Part shown: positions 61,253 to 64,000 of the stretch, one piece after another | Layout of the letters: the number at the start of each line of letters is the position of its first letter | Position numbering within the stretch: position 1 is the stretch's first letter | Origin: Macrostomum lignano | Lineage: Eukaryota | Assembly (NCBI GenBank): GCA_002269645.1 | Contig: NIVC01002766.1 | Location: 78,331-142,330, forward strand | Direction of reading: 5' to 3' | Length of the DNA: 64,000 bases | The notes under the pieces: model-generated | What the model saw: the letters and a program-made list of their open reading frames with translations, nothing else | Told to the model about the DNA's origin: nothing | Database searches by the model: none | Made by a program: the position numbers and the translations under genes

Positions 61253-62480
61253 ACACCAAGAGACAGGGGCGCCCACCAAGAGACAGGGGTATGCACCCAC
61301 CAAGAGACAGGGGTATGCACCCACCAAGAGACAGGGGCGCCCACCAAGAGACAGGGGCGCCCACCAAGAGACAGGGACACCCACCAAGAGACAGGGACAC
61401 CCACCAAGAGACAGGGGCACCCACCAAGAGGTAGGGAGCGCCGGAAATAGACAGGGGCACCCATCAAGAGGCAGGGGCACCCACCAATAGACAGGGGCAC
61501 CCACCAAGAGACAGGGGCACCCACCAATAGACAGGGGCACCCACCAAGAGACAGAGACGCGCACAGACAGGGGCGCCTACCAAGAGACAGGGGGCGCTTA
61601 CCAAGAGACAGGGGCGTCCATCAAGGACAGGGCGTCCACCAAGAGACAGGGACACCCACCAAGAGACAGGGGCACCCACAAGAGACAGGGGCGCCCACCA
61701 AGAGACAGGGGCGCCCACCAAGAGACAGGGGTATGCACCACCAAGAGACAGGGGTATGCACCCACAAGAGACAGGGCGCCCACAAGAGACAGGGGCGCCC
61801 ACCAAGAGACAGGGACCCACCAAGAGACAGGGACACCACAAGAGACAGGGGCGCCCACCAAGAGGTAGGGAGCGCCGGAAATAGACAGGGGCACCCATCA
61901 AGAGGCAGGGGCACCCACCAATAGACAGGGGCACCCACCAAGAGACAGAGACGCGCACAGACAGGGGCGCCTACCAAGAGACAGGGGGCGCTTACCAAGA
62001 GACAGGGACACCCACCAAGAGACAGGGGCGCCCACAAGAGACAGGGGCATGCACCCGCCATGAGACAGGGGTATGCACCCACCAAGAGACAAGGGCATGC
62101 ACCCACCAAGAGACAGAGGCATGCACCCACCAAGAGACAGGGGCACCCACCAAGAGACAGGGGCACCCACCAAGAGACAGGGGCACCCACCAAGAGACAG
62201 GGGCACCCACAAGAGACAGGGGCACCCACCAAGAGACAGGGGCACCCACCAAGAGACAGGGGCACCACCAAGAGACAGGGGCACCCACCAAGAGACAGGG
62301 GCACCCACCAAGAGACAGGGACACCCACCAAGAGACAGGGGCACCCACCAAGAGACAGGGGCACCCACCAAGAGACAGGGGCACCCACCAATAGACAGGG
62401 TACCCACCAAGAGGCAGGGAGCGCCGGAACTAGAGACAGGCACCCATCAAGAGGCAGGGGCACCCACCAAGAGACATGGG
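61253..62480. repeat. ~21-bp minisatellite (CACCAAGAGACAGGGGCACC/GCGCC) with higher-order block repeats
   Basis: Direct periodicity; the GGAGCGCCGGAA marker recurs near 61436, 61870 and 62420. Confidence 0.95.
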
Positions 62481-62483
62481 CAC

Positions 62484-64000
62484 TGTTGTATATTAACAGA
62501 GAAGACACAGAGTATGCCCCCAGTCCAATGTTTTGTTGTCTAGGGCACAACCTATTATTTTATAATAAAGTAGTTACAACATGAATCAAGAGGAGTTTAT
62601 ATCAAACGGAGCAATACGATAGTTCGAACCGCTTAAGCGAACCATTGCCTTCTTACTTAAATGTGGCAGCTCCAGGTCGGAGCAGAAGACATAACAGTGG
62701 CGACGAGTACAAAAATCGGCAAGTTTGACGTGGCTAAACCGGATCAATGGCTACGAAGAGCGGCTAGAACAATTTCTCGTCGTGAATGAAGTGACCGAGG
62801 AGGCACAAAAGCGAACGAGCTTGATCACAGTGATAGGCAATGACTGTTATCAATTGCTACGCAACCTGCTATCGCCTAAGAAGCCAAAGGATGTGGCATA
62901 CGACGAAAATTGTGAAGACGCTGAGGGAACACTTCAACCCGAAGCCGAAGATTGTCGTCGAGCGGTACAACTTCCACAGCAGAGTCCAACACGAAGGAAA
63001 CAGTGAGTGACTTTGTTGCAAGTCTGCGAAGGTTGGCAGCCACGTGTGGTTTTGACAAGTTCCTGGGGAGGCACTGAGAGTCGTTGGCCTCAGGAACAGG
63101 CTCATCCAGCAGCGATTGCTACGAGAAGAGACACTGACCCTGTCGGGTGCACTAACGCTAGCGACTGCGATGGAAGCAGCAGAGCGAGGAGTCGTGACTA
63201 TCACCTCCGCCACAGGAGTCGGTCATAGTGTCAATTTCTCGAAGGAAACTAACAAGCAATAAACTGCAGCGCATCATGAGAAAGAGCCGCGCCCAAGATG
63301 GATGTTTCCGCTGTAACGCGAAGGATCATTGGGCAAGGAGCTGTCCAAATAGGAATAAAACGTGCAGCAAATGCGGCCGAGTAGGACATCTTAGAGATGC
63401 ATGCCGTGTACAAAGGACAAGGCAAAAGAGTCTGGAAGTGGCAGGTCGAAGCGATTCAACTCTTCAAAACGTGGGAAGTCCGGTAAGGTGCATTACGCGC
63501 GGAATTTCGACAGTGAGTCAGAAAGTGAGGATTCGGACTGCAGTGGTCGAAACAAGCATTCCGAGATCAGGACTGTTTGCTACAGGAATGGCTGGCTTTA
63601 GTGGATCAGCACCGTATATGTGCGAGTTAAATATAAATGGGCATTTTGTAAATTTCCAACTGGATACTGGCGCAGACAAGACCCTTATTAACGAAAATAC
63701 TGGCAAGAAAATTGGCTTAAAGTGGTCTAAATCTAATGTTAGACTGTCAAGTTACACAGATCATCTCATACCAGTTCTGGGCGAAACTGTCGTTACCGTA
63801 TCTATCTAACTATTAGGAAGACAGTGCCAACTGACTGCACTTGCTGTGAAGGGAGACAGAGTGAATAATGAGACTGGCTCTCTTCGTTAAAAAGTGACTG
63901 GAGCAAGTTTGCCCATGTGAAAACAACAACTTTGGTTCCACTATCGATGGTTAATGAAGAAGTATGATCAAGTGTTTGCTGAAAACCTTGGCACTATCAA
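62484..64000 (+). mobile_element. Decayed Ty3/gypsy LTR retrotransposon, 5' part: LTR ~62484-62696, PBS-like TGGCGACGAG at 62698, frameshifted gag and protease
   Basis: TGTTG...ATAACA LTR with AATAAA; gag-like YEERLEQFLVVN...CYQLLRNLLSP; twin zinc knuckles CFRCNAKDHWARSC and CSKCGRVGHLRDAC; protease FQLDTGA. Runs off the end of the window. Confidence 0.88.

Overview
Eukaryotic (animal) genomic DNA, most likely from a free-living flatworm such as Macrostomum; this is inferred from GC-rich Ala/Gln-rich exons, minisatellite-filled introns and in-frame acceptors lacking a genomic ATG. Gene order: ANKRD63-like (-), VPS9D1-like (-), RPL13 (-) | RPL36 (+), N-acetylneuraminate lyase-like (+), then a convergent 9-exon NuMA homolog (-). 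After an AT-rich block of transposon debris come a small secreted-peptide precursor (-), an orphan 2-TM ORF (+), a divergent ETS factor (-), a 5'-truncated RTE-type LINE beside (TATC)n, and the start of a decayed Ty3/gypsy element. About 20 different tandem arrays (15-51 bp units) fill introns and intergenic gaps, and most long ORFs in the supplied track are translations of these arrays. Most notable: (i) the VPS9D1-like gene has no genomic start ATG but has an acceptor in frame for the AUG that ends flatworm spliced leaders; (ii) about 61 tandem copies of the NuMA acceptor/AUG junction lie upstream of NuMA; (iii) the two ribosomal protein genes form a mirror-image, operon-like layout; (iv) several blocks are CpG-poor and TpA-rich, as if hypermutated. 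Exon boundaries were read by eye from GT/AG sites and frame continuity, copy numbers are estimates (span divided by unit length), and homologies are from recall rather than database searches.
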